A stretch of 28,526 bases of DNA from Anthoceros angustus (Eukaryota > Plantae > Anthocerotophyta): NCBI GenBank assembly GCA_010909165.1, contig VJWM01000375.1, forward strand, positions 1 to 28,526, written 5' to 3'. Below, one piece after another: positions 1-9,720 of this stretch; position 1 is the stretch's first letter, and every line of letters starts with the position of its first letter. The translations under genes and the position numbers were made by a program. The notes under the pieces are model-generated. The model worked only from the letters and a program-made list of their open reading frames with translations, ran no database searches and was not told the origin of the DNA.

Positions 1-87
1 CACACCGTAGCCCCGACCACCCTCTGCCCGCAGGCCGCGCACGCGGCGGCCACACGCAGCACCATCGGGAGCCGAGCGCGAGTCCAG

Positions 88-108
88 TACACCCGGAGGA
101 TTCGAACC
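88..108 (-). mobile_element. att-like site: short tRNA 3'-end remnant (T-loop to discriminator)
   Basis: Minus strand reads GGTTCGAATCCTCCGGGTGTA, matching the 3' part of the longer tRNA fragment at 8389-8429 apart from one homopolymer base. Homology stops at the T arm. TGCA repeats 12 bp apart (164-179) resemble integrase arm sites. Confidence 0.7.
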
Positions 109-590
109 GCACCTCCGAGAGCCTAGAAAACAAGGCGATTCCACCGACCCCGCCGGAACGCGCTGCAAAGTCCGGTGCAATTGGTGACAGAATGGCCTCG
201 CTCCGCCTCCTCACCACCCGAGCAAAGGGCGGAGTTAGCCCCTCTGACTCTACCGCTGAACCCGTACTAATCGCGGATCTCATCCGCCATCAGGTGCGAG
301 CCTGATGGCGGATCTCATCCCCGAGAAGTTCTCCTCATTCTCCACTGAGCGCCCCACCCTAGGCCGCTCACCCATGCTGGGGAGTTCCGTGCTGACCTCC
401 CAGACGATCGGCCGAGGTAAGCCGTGTTCACACCGGTCTATTCGGGACTCCAGCGGTCTGCCGTCGCCGTCGGCCGTGGAGTGCCGCACTCGCTGACTAA
501 CCGTGGTTCGAGGTCAACGGCGAGGCGCGGAGTTGGCTCCGTCGGCCGTCAGCGGGTTCTGAAACGGTTCGCGACCCCGCGGAGTGAGTG

Positions 591-1082
591 ATGACCGTCC
601 GGGAAGCCATCCTGCTCGCCTTGCCCGCTTTCTCCGCCCACGGTCGGGTGGGCTGTTCGCCGTCCGCACCGAACTGGAACGGGTCGGCGTCGAGGCGGCT
701 GGCGGCGGAGGTGGTGGAGTTCTTACCGCTCGCGTTCGCGCGGGCACTGCTCGACGGATGGGCGTCCGGTTCGACGACCACTACGTCCGGCAGACCTCGG
801 GGCGGGTGATCGGGCGGAAGCTGCTCACCGACGAGGCGGTCTTTCGTGAGGGCTGGCGATTGCCGACGAGGTGTCGGCGGACGGGAGGTGTACGTCGCGG
901 TCGCGGGATTCAGTCAGGAGTACCGGGCGGTGAACGACGAGCTGAACGCCGGCTCGCGGCCGGAAGATTTGCGGTGTCCGCCACCTGTGGTGTCCGCGGA
1001 GTTCGACGACGAGCGGCGGTTCGACGACACTTCGGGCGGCATGCAACCGCGGGCCAAGGCCTGGTGGCAGTTTTGGAAGTGA
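591..1082 (+). CDS. hypothetical protein, possibly immunity-protein-like, ending in a WWQFWK tail (frame-joined)
   Basis: GGAG RBS at 581-584. Joined frames: MTVREAILLAL...LAAEVVEFLPLAFARALLDG-MGVRFDDHYVRQ...SQEYRAVNDELNAGSRPEDLRCPPP...AKAWWQFWK*. Confidence 0.6.
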
Positions 1083-1104
1083 CGACCACCGTGTGTGATG
1101 GCCG

Positions 1105-1261
1105 TCAATGGTGTGCGGTCGCCAGGTCCGGGCACCCCGGTCTGCCGCCACTCCTCGGAGTCGCTGTACCACCGTTGCTCACCTCCCGCCCGTCGAACGT
1201 CAGCCAGTTCCGCCCGGCCGCGGGCCGGCAGGCGGGAGGAGGTGAGAGTCCAGTCGGACAT
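1105..1261 (-). CDS. small hypothetical protein, weakly DUF551-like
   Basis: GGAGG RBS. MSDWTLTSSRLP...WLTFDGREVS..WYSDSEEW resembles the W..S.RLP start of small phage-type proteins. Frameshifted. Confidence 0.3.
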
Positions 1262-1342
1262 GGGTCCTCCGGCGGGAGCGGGCGACGTGGGAACCGCCCG
1301 CAGGTCAGGGTTCCCCGACCTGCGGGCGTTTCGCCTCTCATC

Positions 1343-1629
1343 TTAGTACCGGCGGTTTCCGCCGTACCCGCCGCCACCGCCCCGACGATCTTCCCGCGGC
1401 TTGGCCTCGTTCACCGTCAGGTTGCGGCCCTGGAACTCGTTCATGTGCGTGCCCTGGATGGCCTCCTGGGCGCCGCTGCTCATCTCCACGAACGCGAACC
1501 CCGCGGCTGCGGCCGGTGTCCCGGTCGGTCACCACCGCTCGCCACCTGGCCGTACCGGCCGAACAGCTCGGTCAGGTCGTCGTTGGTGGTGCCGAACGCC
1601 AGGTTGCCCACGTGCAGTTTCGTACTCAC
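1343..1629 (-). CDS. RNA-binding protein, RRM domain with Gly-rich tail
   Basis: Joined frames: [92 protein letters not shown]2 (LHVGNL) and RNP1 (RGFAFVEM) motifs present. Confidence 0.92.
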
Positions 1630-2331
1630 CCCTTTAGCGGCCGTGTACCGGCCGCGTGCCGAGTCACGCCCCGGCTGGTGCCGGAAGGCGGAGATAGACC
1701 CGCCGCCGGGTGAAAGACCCGTGCGGCTTCTTCGCGATCCTCAGCGAGCGGGCCGGGTACTGTCTCGGAGGTGAACTCGGAGGCGGCAGCCAGATGCGGA
1801 GTGGACGTGCGGGGTGTGCCCGTCGCAGCGGTGTCTCAGTGCCCGCTGTGTTGGAAATATACCCGCCGGTCGGGGAATTGATAGCCGAATCTGCGAAATC
1901 CGATCTCGCGGGTCGTCTCCGGCCGGGTTCGAGATGCCGCATTCATGCCTGGAAGTCGGCCGGGTGAGCCACAGCCGGCCCGCCCGCGGATAGAATGGGA
2001 CGCCCGCGGCCACCCCGAAACTCGCACCCCGGCCGCGCCAGTCACCCTGAGGTCGTCGTATCCTCTCCGCCGACGGCCTCGTCCTCATCCAGTTCGTGTA
2101 CGCCGACGTGAGCGGGCTGGAGGAGCATTCGCGGTTCCTGGTCTGGTGTGCGGTTGTGCCGCGTGTCGGCGAGACGGTCCGCTCGGCCAGCGGGCCGAAG
2201 GTGGTACGGAGGTGCAACACGAGCCGGTGCGGACGCCGGAAGAGGAGTGGCTGATGTCCGTCCACGTCCTGCTCGTCGACCCGTCCGACGGGTCGGCCGA
2301 CTGACTCGCGCCGACCAACCGGAGGCCGGCC

Positions 2332-2517
2332 ATGCCGACCACCTTCATCGAAGTCGAGTGCCCGTTCTGCCGGCGGGTGGTGAGCGTCCAGGTCTTCCCG
2401 CGGGCCGCGGAACTGGCCGCCGCCGGCGACCCGAGTGAGGTGTACGAGCGGTGCCCGAGGTGCCAGCGGACGTTCGCCCTGCTCGTCCCGGCCGACCGGC
2501 GAGACCCGCCGCGCTGA
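2332..2517 (+). CDS. small zinc-ribbon protein
   Basis: GGAGG RBS. Intact 61-aa ORF with CPFC and CPRC pairs. Confidence 0.6.
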   Translation: MPTTFIEVECPFCRRVVSVQVFPRAAELAAAGDPSEVYERCPRCQRTFALLVPADRRDPPR

Positions 2518-2817
2518 TGGTGCCCCAGACTCGGGGCGGGCGATGTTCGACCAGCACGCTCTGAATTCCGCCCGCATCCGGCGTTGCTGCCACCGCGGCG
2601 GCGTATGATGAGCGTGTCGGATCTCCCGCTTCCTGGTGCCTACCTTTCCCAAGATCACCTCTTCGGAACCGGCGGACATCTAGCACGGGTGGGTGACGCA
2701 GTGTGTCACGGCCCGTTTCCGGTTCTCTTGCTGATTGACAACCTTGCTACTTGCGGACCGCCGGACGTGCTGTGCCCGCGGGCCGAACACCGCCAACGAC
2801 TGGCCCAACCAGGTACC

Positions 2818-3540
2818 ACGGATGAGATCCCCGACTCCGGCTCGTTCCACGACCTACCGGCCACTCACCGACTGCTCGCTTACGTGGCGGACCTCGAATT
2901 GGAGGTGGACCGGCTGCGGAAGCAGGGTGGGTTCGTCCGCCATCAGGTGCGGACGGCCTGAAGCGGGTCGAGCGGCTGGCCGCCGGCCCGGCCGACCCGC
3001 CGAGCTGGCGGCGGCGATCCAGAGTTTGGCGGTGGTCCTGGACGACCTGCACGACCCGCCCGGGTACCACCCGGCACGACCGTGGTGCCGATCGCCGTCC
3101 GCCCGCTGGCCGAGCAGGTGTTCCGCGCCCAGCGGCGGCTCACCGGGCCGGCGACGTGGCCTCCGGCTGGACCTGACGGCGGACCACGTGGGTGGTTCCC
3201 CGCCCGGCTGCGGCACATCCTGGACAACCTGTTCTCGAACGCCCTGCGGTACCGCGACCCGGCGAAGGCCGAGGGTGGGTGCTTCTCGGGCTGCGGGCGT
3301 CGGACGCCGCCTACGAGTTCCGGGTGTCGGACAACGGGATCGGACTGCCGACCGGGGCGGGCTTTCAGGCGTTCGAATTGCTGTCCCGGCCCCGGTGCGG
3401 GCGGCCGGGGGTCGGCTGCCGGTCGTCCGCCTGCTGGTCGAGCAGTGCGGGGCAGTCTGACCGTGCGATCGGAGGAGGGACGCGGGACGGACTTCGTCCT
3501 CACCCTGCCGCGGTACGACGTGGCCGACTACCTGACCTGA
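2818..3540 (+). CDS. histidine kinase-like protein (degenerate H-box plus HATPase_c), no sensor domain
   Basis: Joined frames give FVRHQVRTAL (H-box-like), LRHILDNLFSNALRY (N box), VSDNGIG (G1), GVGLPVVRLLVEQCGG (G2) and SEEGRGTDFVLTLP. Start codon uncertain. Confidence 0.85.
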
Positions 3541-3578
3541 TCGCCCGACACACCTGAAACACGAACTGGGAGGCGGAG

Positions 3579-3865
3579 ATGGCGAAGTTGCCGACGGCCG
3601 TGCAGGCGGAGGGCCGTGACTCGGTCGGGGAAGCCGGTGCCGGGTCGCGGGGCCGGACCGTTCAGCGGGCCGTCCTCGCCGCTGGGCCGCCGCCCGGTCT
3701 GATCAACGTGTCCGTGCGGCCGTTGTGGGGCGACTACCACCGGGTGAACGTGCTGGTCGGAACAGACGCCGGGTCCGCCCGCATCGCCCACAGCTACTTC
3801 GTGGAGACCGACGCGACCGGTCACATCCACTCGTCCACCCGCGGATCACCAGACTGTACACCTGA
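3579..3865 (+). CDS. conserved planctomycete-type hypothetical protein
   Basis: GGAGG/GGAG RBS. VSVRPLWGDYHRVNVLVG.DAGSARIAHSYFV.TD..G.I.SSTP.ITRLY pattern, recalled from Gemmataceae hypothetical proteins. Confidence 0.7.
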
Positions 3866-4089
3866 CATCCGGGGGCGGTGGGAAGTTGATTCCAGCCCCA
3901 TTTGCCCGACCGGTCGGCGCCGACCAGGTCGCCCAGCCGATCACACCGTGGCCGCAGGCTTGCCCCTCCACCTTCGGCCCGTCGTTCCCGTGCCTGGCCG
4001 GTCCTACGGGTGGCGATTCCCGTAAGGTACACCCGCCCGAGTCACTGGCCATGCCGGACGGCCGCGGCATCTACACGGGAGAGAGACCG

Positions 4090-4407
4090 ATGGCGAAGAA
4101 GGCGGCGGCCAAGGGGCACCAGATTCACGAGGCCAGCCCGGAGGTGGAGGCGGCGCAGGCGACGGCCGCCGGGGCGGCGTTCGTCTGGCACTCCGGGCGG
4201 CTGACCGGGCTGGGGTGTGCAGGGACGGCGGGCGGGGGTGACGATCACCTGGGACGAGGGCGGCACCTCCCACGTCGGCGAAATCAGCGACGACCAGTGG
4301 GAGGTGTTCAAACTAACGTTCGCGGCCGGCGGGCGGGTCGCCGTGTTGAGCGACGTGGAGGACTGGGACTGGATGTACGACTACCGGTACCGGAGGCGAT
4401 GCGGTAG
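4090..4407 (+). CDS. hypothetical protein
   Basis: GGAGAG RBS. MAKKAAAKGHQIHE...VWHSGRLTGLG / GVTITWDEGGTSHVGEISDDQWEVFKLTF...WMYDY. Followed by hairpin CCCACCCC-AGTC-GGGGTGGG. Confidence 0.6.
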   Translation: MAKKAAAKGHQIHEASPEVEAAQATAAGAAFVWHSGRLTGLGCAGTAGGGDDHLGRGRHLPRRRNQRRPVGGVQTNVRGRRAGRRVERRGGLGLDVRLPVPEAMR

Positions 4408-4433
4408 GCCCACCCCAGTCGGGGTGGGGTCAC

Positions 4434-4829
4434 GTGGCGGATTGTCGAGTTCGACCGCCTTGCCCCGATCGCGCTCGTGCCGGCCGGCAGATTGTCGTAG
4501 AATGTCCTGACCTTCACTCGCCCCAGATCGAGGCCGCCATTCAGATCCCTCTCTACCAGCGGACGTACCCGGTCAAGGATGCCCCGGTGTCCGTGTCCCT
4601 GGTCCGTTCCCCGCCCACCAGCGGCACACGTTCGCCGTTGGTGACACGGTGTACGAGGCCGTGTACCGCGAACTGGCGGTGGTCGCTCCCGACGGCGCGA
4701 GCGTCGACCCTCTCGAAACCAGTTGAGCTGGCCGGGGCCAAAGGGGCGGTCAAGTCGACGGCGAAGGAGGTGGCCGAGTTGGCCGCCCGCGCCTCAGGCT
4801 TCCGCATGGCGCGGGCGAAGCCTGAGTAG
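4434..4829 (+). CDS. hypothetical protein
   Basis: Protein-like segments (QIEAAIQIPLYQRTYPVKDAPVSVSLV...VELAGAKGAVKSTAKEVAELAARASG). Frameshifted; start uncertain. Confidence 0.4.
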   Translation: MADCRVRPPCPDRARAGRQIVVECPDLHSPQIEAAIQIPLYQRTYPVKDAPVSVSLVRSPPTSGTRSPLVTRCTRPCTANWRWSLPTARASTLSKPVELAGAKGAVKSTAKEVAELAARASGFRMARAKPE

Positions 4830-4844
4830 GTGGGGCCGAGGCGG

Positions 4845-5136
4845 CTACTCGACGAGTAGGTCCACCAGTTGTTTCAGCTGTCTCATGCCGCCCACCTCGT
4901 TGGCCAGCTTCTTCACCCGGCCGAGCTCGACCGGGCTGCGGAGGTGACAGCCGCCTGCCTGGCCTTCCGCGCCGCCTGCCCGAGCTTGCTTCGGACGTAG
5001 TACACCATGGTCTGGGATACCCTCGCCCTTTCTCCGCCGCCCGCTCGATGACCGTCTTGTAGTCCGCCTTCGGGTCGGCGGCGAGGATGTCCCGGATGAC
5101 CTGGGACTTGTTCACCTTGTTCTCGGCCTTGGCCAC
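4845..5136 (-). CDS. small basic putative DNA-binding protein, planctomycete family
   Basis: GGAGG RBS with GTG start. MAKAENKVNKSQVIRDILAADPKADYKTVIERAAEKG.RVSQTMVYYVRSK...VKKLANEVGGMRQLKQLVDLLVE*. HTH-like N-terminus and a GG-helix C-terminal motif. Confidence 0.7.
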
Positions 5137-5527
5137 GGTCGCCTCCGCTCACGTGAGTTATGGGACAATATCATACCACGCCAGCTGCCGTCGAACGACT
5201 CCAACCTTAGAAATGTCTTAGCTGATCTTAGACCACGACCTTAGTCCGTGGGTACCCGCCGGCAGCGGAGCCGAACTGACTACAATCGTGGTCCGGTGCC
5301 GGTTGCCAAGAGGGTGGGTGTGGAACAGCGGTTATTCCGCCGTTCCGCAGAATTTGGAGCGGAAAGCAGTCGCCCGGTGGTGTCTTCTTGGGCGCGAGCA
5401 GATTCGCCGATCCGCGGAGGGCGAACCGGCCGAAGTTGATTCGGTGAATTCGCAACACGCCGGCCGACATGTGCAGTATAATTCCAAGTTACGTGCTTCG
5501 CCCGCTCCCTCCTCTGAAGGAACGTTC

Positions 5528-5763
5528 ATGCGGTTTACCCAGCCGGTCGAGTCGTGGGTCGTACGGTGGTGGCTCCCCGAGGTGGGCGGGCGATGTGCCC
5601 GGCGTCTGAGTGGCCGGCACTGGAGGCGGCCGGGCACACTCTCATCCAGGCCGGGCTGGTGAACGAGGGCAGGCCGAGCGGTTGGCCCGTGGCACCGCCG
5701 GCGACGCCAAGCCCGCGCCGGCAGCCGGACGCTGCCCTCGTCGGCGGCGGCCGACCCGCCTGA
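5528..5763 (+). CDS. conserved Gemmataceae-type hypothetical protein
   Basis: AAGGA RBS. MRFTQPVESWVV...AMCPASEWPALEAAGHTLIQAGLVNEGQAERLARGTAGD pattern. 3' end uncertain. Confidence 0.6.
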
Positions 5764-6138
5764 CCGGATTCCACCGCATCTGGCCGACGGGCGGACCGAC
5801 CACACAGAGCGATCGAAAGCCGGGCTAAACCGGCTCTTTTGTGCATCAACTTTGGCCGTTGTGGCACACGCCGCCAATGAACGTCTACACAGACGGGTCG
5901 ATCAACCTGTGTCCGGTTTCCGGCGCGGCGTGTTCAACGCCACCGATCAGGTGAATTGGGACGAGGTTCAGCTCATCCCGCTCGGGCGGACGGACAAGAT
6001 CTTGGAAGGGTCGGACGACGTGCCCCGGCCGGACATACCGCCGGCCGAGTTCACCGCCGCGTGAGCGGGATTTCAGCGGAGGCGTGACCCGCCGGGGAAC
6101 GGATTCTCCTAGGTTGACTGCGGCCCGCTCCGGGCGGC

Positions 6139-6340
6139 ATGATCGGAGGTCTCGTGGAACTGTTCGAGAAGGTGGACGCGCTGGTCGACCGGGACGGGCT
6201 GACCGCCGTGCTGCTCGCCCTGCGGAACAAGGTGCGGCTGATGGTGGCCGCCCGCACGACCGCTGGTCGCCGGAAGAGCGGGAGCGGCTGAAGGAGGCGG
6301 AGGGGCTACTGGCCGAGGCGGTGGACGAGTTGGGCGGACG
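6139..6340 (+). CDS. small helical hypothetical protein
   Basis: MIGGLVELFEKVDALVDRDGLTAVLLALRNKVRLMVAA..DRWSPEERERLKEAEGLLAEAVDEL. End approximate. Confidence 0.4.
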
Positions 6341-7149
6341 GACCTCGACCCGCCGGACGCCGGCCGTAGTCGGCCAGCAGCCGGTGGGCGGAATCGACCA
6401 CCGCCTGCTCGTCCCGCAGCTGGCGGAACTGAACGCACTGGATACGGAATTCGGTCAACACGGAGAGGGAATTGGGGTCCATGGCGGACTACTGCGACTT
6501 TACCCGGACGATCGCCGCCGGGGAAGCGAAAAGGGCGGACGACTGGCCTGCCCTGGAGCGGTCAATCGGACGGTACCAACTCGGCTGAGACCAGCGCCCG
6601 CGACGGAGGCTAGTTCGTCGTCCAGCACGTGCAGCCTGTCCGCCGGCCCGCACCCGCAGCACCGGTCCAGCAGGCACGCCAGGGCGGGCCGCACCGGCCG
6701 GTCGGACAGGCGGGCAGCTCGCTCACCGTCACCGCCGCCATCCCGGCTGGGTCCGGATGCACCGCCCGCACTGCCCGCTCCTCGGCCACCTGCGCCACCC
6801 CGGCCCGGTGGTGGGACAGTTTGGACTACGCTACCTGGAATCGCAGCCATTTCGCGGGGTGATTTCGTCAATCTGTACCACCACCCGAAGGATCATCCGC
6901 TCGCCGAGCCGCCGGCGGACGAGCGCCCTTCTGCGGGTGACACCGGGCCGGCCTTCGGGGCCTCGCCGAACCGCCGCCCGCACCGCGGCACAGGTAGGTG
7001 GGGTGGCCTGCCGGGGCCGACCGGGCTGGGCCAACGGCTGCGGCGTGAGCTGGAGTTCGTCGAGTGGTGCGGGGTGCTGGTCGAGTTCCGCCGGCGGGGA
7101 CTTGCAGACGGTGTTCTTCCTGCCGGCGGAGGGGCGGCGCGGAAGCGGT

Positions 7150-7559
7150 CAACTAACTCTACCCGCCGCGTGCCTGTTCCGGGGCGAGTGCCCCAGCCGG
7201 TCAGCGTGAAGGACCCGCGGGCGGTGGCGGGCGGGAGCGGCACCGGGGTGCCGAACGTCCACCGCACCCATTGCCCGAGGCGGTGACGGCCAGAAGCAGC
7301 GGGTGAACAGCAGCAGGAAGGCGAGCACCGGCCACGGGTCGGGCAGCGGGCGGTGAGCAGGTACACCGGCACCGCGGCCGCCAACTGCGCGAGCACCTGC
7401 CCGAGGTGGCCGACCGCCGAGTCGCATGCGGACGGGGCGCCGCACCCCGGGCACACGGTCCACCCGGACCAAAACGTTGCCACCCGTCCCGCGGGCGGGT
7501 GCGTGCGGAGCCGATCGAAAGGTGATCCGGCCGCCACACGTCGGGCACGGTTTGGGCAT
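7150..7559 (-). CDS. zinc-ribbon membrane protein
   Basis: GGAG RBS. MPKPCPTCGG...CPGCGAP followed by hydrophobic segments (VLAQLAAAVPVYLL, WPVLAFLLLF). End approximate. Confidence 0.5.
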
Positions 7560-7721
7560 GGCCCGCTCCGAGGGAATGGATCGCCTGAGTGTACCCGCCC
7601 GCTCCACACCAGGAGGTGTCCGTGCTCGAGCCGCCGCCGGTGATCGCCGACCGGGATCGGAATTCCGTGGCGGCCGGACGGCGGCCGGGGTAGTGGGCTA
7701 CCTGACGACGGAGGGGCGGAC

Positions 7722-7970
7722 ATGCGGGCGATAGCCGGCGCGATCCTGTTCCTGGCCGCGGCCGTGGCCCTGGCCGGCGGGTGGGTGGCGGAGGCGGTGG
7801 GCAAATCGAACTACGGGTTCGGCATGCTCGGGCTGGTGGCCGGGCTGGTGATGGGCGGGCTGGGCCGGCCGTCCTGCTCAGTGACTACGCCCGCCCCGGA
7901 CGAGGTGAGCAGGCGGTGGGGTCATCCTCGACCGGTTGCACACCTGACCCGGTTTCGCTACGCGGAGTAG
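7722..7970 (+). CDS. small two-helix membrane protein
   Basis: GGAGG RBS. MRAIAGAILFLAAAVALAGG...FGMLGLVAGLVMGGLG. End uncertain. Confidence 0.55.
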   Translation: MRAIAGAILFLAAAVALAGGWVAEAVGKSNYGFGMLGLVAGLVMGGLGRPSCSVTTPAPDEVSRRWGHPRPVAHLTRFRYAE

Positions 7971-8332
7971 ACCGTTTTGCAGACGCCGCACTTCGTGATG
8001 CTGCTCAAGTGGGCGTATGTGGTCACAACCCGGATGAGTTTCTTCTGAGCGTCGTAACAGGTGGTGCAGAACGGTCCATCACCGCCAGCCTTCTTGTAGT
8101 ACAACCTGTCCTTGATCTCCACCTCGGGAACCGTGTTAGTGGCCTGCTTCAGTTCTTCCTTCAGCCGTGTGTTCTCCTCGATCAACTCGGCCATCTTCGT
8201 CTTCACCTCGGCTAGTTGCATCTTCAGGTCGGCGGCTACCATTGCCGACTCGGCGTCCTTCTTGGCCTTGGCCAGTTCGTACAGCTTCTTGGCCAGTTCG
8301 ATAGTGCCCGAGATGACTGCGAACGGGTCCAA
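7958..8332 (-). CDS. coiled-coil plus C-terminal zinc-ribbon hypothetical protein
   Basis: Intact ORF from TTG with AGAGG RBS: MDPFAVISGTIELAKKLYEL...LKMQLAEVKTKMAELIEENTRLKEELKQ...GPFCTTCYD...KCGVCKTVY. Confidence 0.8.
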   Translation of the reverse strand: MDPFAVISGTIELAKKLYELAKAKKDAESAMVAADLKMQLAEVKTKMAELIEENTRLKEELKQATNTVPEVEIKDRLYYKKAGGDGPFCTTCYDAQKKLIRVVTTYAHLSSITKCGVCKTVYSA

Positions 8333-8388
8333 GTGGCGGCCTCTGTAACCCGAGGTGTAACCCAACCTAACACCTCGCCGCAACCCAT

Positions 8389-8429
8389 TACACCCGGAGG
8401 GATTCGAACCCCAACCCTCGGTTCCGAAG
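8389..8429 (-). mobile_element. att site: 3' half of tRNA-Arg(TCG), anticodon loop to discriminator
   Basis: Minus strand CTTCGGA-ACCGA-GGGTT-GGGGTTCGAATCCCTC-CGGGTGTA gives anticodon loop, 3' stem, variable loop, T arm and acceptor strand. The 5' half is absent. Lies about 110 bp upstream of the integrase and is flanked by TGTAACCC x2 (8344-8363) and TGGTGCA repeats (8484-8527). Confidence 0.85.
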
Positions 8430-8537
8430 CTTCATGTTGGTGTCCGAAATGCCTTATTTTCTAGCCTTAGCTCTTCGCTGATATGCACCAAACGGGTATG
8501 ATTCGGGTTTGGTGCACGAATGGTGCAGGAGTAACAG

Positions 8538-9720
8538 GTCGGCGCGGCCGGCGAAACCGTGGTGGCGGAGGCAGACCGGGTGGTGGATGGTGAAGATCGG
8601 CGGCAAGCAAGCTGCTCGAAGGGCCGGACGACGAGACCCACCGCGTGCTGGCGGAGGAGAAGTTCGTCGAACTCCGCCGGTTGCACCGCATCACCCGCAA
8701 GCCCCGACCGCCCGCACGGCGGACGTGATCGAGGCGTTCCTGTCGTGGTCGCGGCAGCACCTGTCGGCCGACACCCACCGCGTCCACTTCTACTACTGCC
8801 AGTTGTTCGCCGAACACTGCGGCACTGTCCCCGCCCGCGCCAAGCCGTTCCACGTCACGCGCTGGATCGGCGAGATGATGTCGCCTGAGCGGGTGGAGCG
8901 GGAGATGATCCGACGGGAAGAATTATTGACCAGCGGGAGGGTATCCAAGCGACAGCTCGGCGGGGCACCGAGGATCTGGGGCGCGTCCACGGCGCACAAC
9001 GCCCGCGCCACCGCGTTCCGGGTGTTCGCCTGGGCGAAGGAAGAAGGTGTTGCCGGACAACCCGCTGGCCGGGATGAAGCGGCCGAAGCCGGCCCCGCGG
9101 CAGCGGCGATGACCGACGACGAATTTACCAAGCTGTACGAGAACGCCGGCGGGCTGTTCGCCGACTTCCTGCTCGCCCTGCGGAGACGGGGGGCGCCGAA
9201 GGAGGTGCGCGATCTGCGGTGGGAGCATGTACAGGACGATCGCTGGGTGTTACCCAAACACAAGACGGCCCAGAAGACGAAGAAGGCCCGCGTCGTCATC
9301 CTGACCGACGCGGTGCAGGCGATGATGGGGCGGCTGAAGGGCACACGCACGTGTTCCTGAACACCGAGGAACCCGTGGACGTTGAACTCGGTCCGCCTTC
9401 AGATGAAGCGGCTGCGGAGCGGCTGGGGTTGGCGGGCGACCTGTGCGCGTACCTGTGCCGGCACGGGTTCGGCACGCGGCCATCCTCAACGGCGTGAACC
9501 CGGCGGTGGTGGCCGAGCTGATGGGGCACACCTCGTTGGAGATGGTGGCCAAGGTGTACGTGCACCGGCCGACCAGCACGAACACCTGAAGGCGGCGGTG
9601 GAGAAGATCAACCCGACCGCCACGCCCGCGCCAGCCGCTGAGGGTTCAGCTCGGGGCGGCCCCGGTGAACTCGGCGAAGCAGGGGCCGAAGCCGAAACGG
9701 AAGGGGTGATGGGGTCAGGG
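8538..9720 (+). CDS. tyrosine recombinase / phage-type integrase
   Basis: AGGAG RBS. Arm domain ARPAKPWWRRQTGWWMVKIGGKQ. Catalytic segments L.ETGA(R)PKEVRDLRW, HKT, AYLCRHGFGTRAILNG, VAELMGHTSLEMVAKVYVH. Several frameshifts; ends approximate. Confidence 0.93.

Noticed and set aside
584-1774. 396-aa plus-strand ORF (similarly 6084-7286 and 23004-24479)
   Set aside because: Arg/Pro/Gly-rich shadow frames of GC-rich DNA, overlapping better-supported genes.
5818-5840. Intrinsic terminator AGCCGG-GCTAAA-CCGGCT-CTTTT
   Set aside because: Plausible, but the stem and U-tract are short and the upstream gene end is uncertain.
8389-8429. Intact tRNA-Arg gene
   Set aside because: No D arm or 5' acceptor strand; similarity ends at the anticodon loop.
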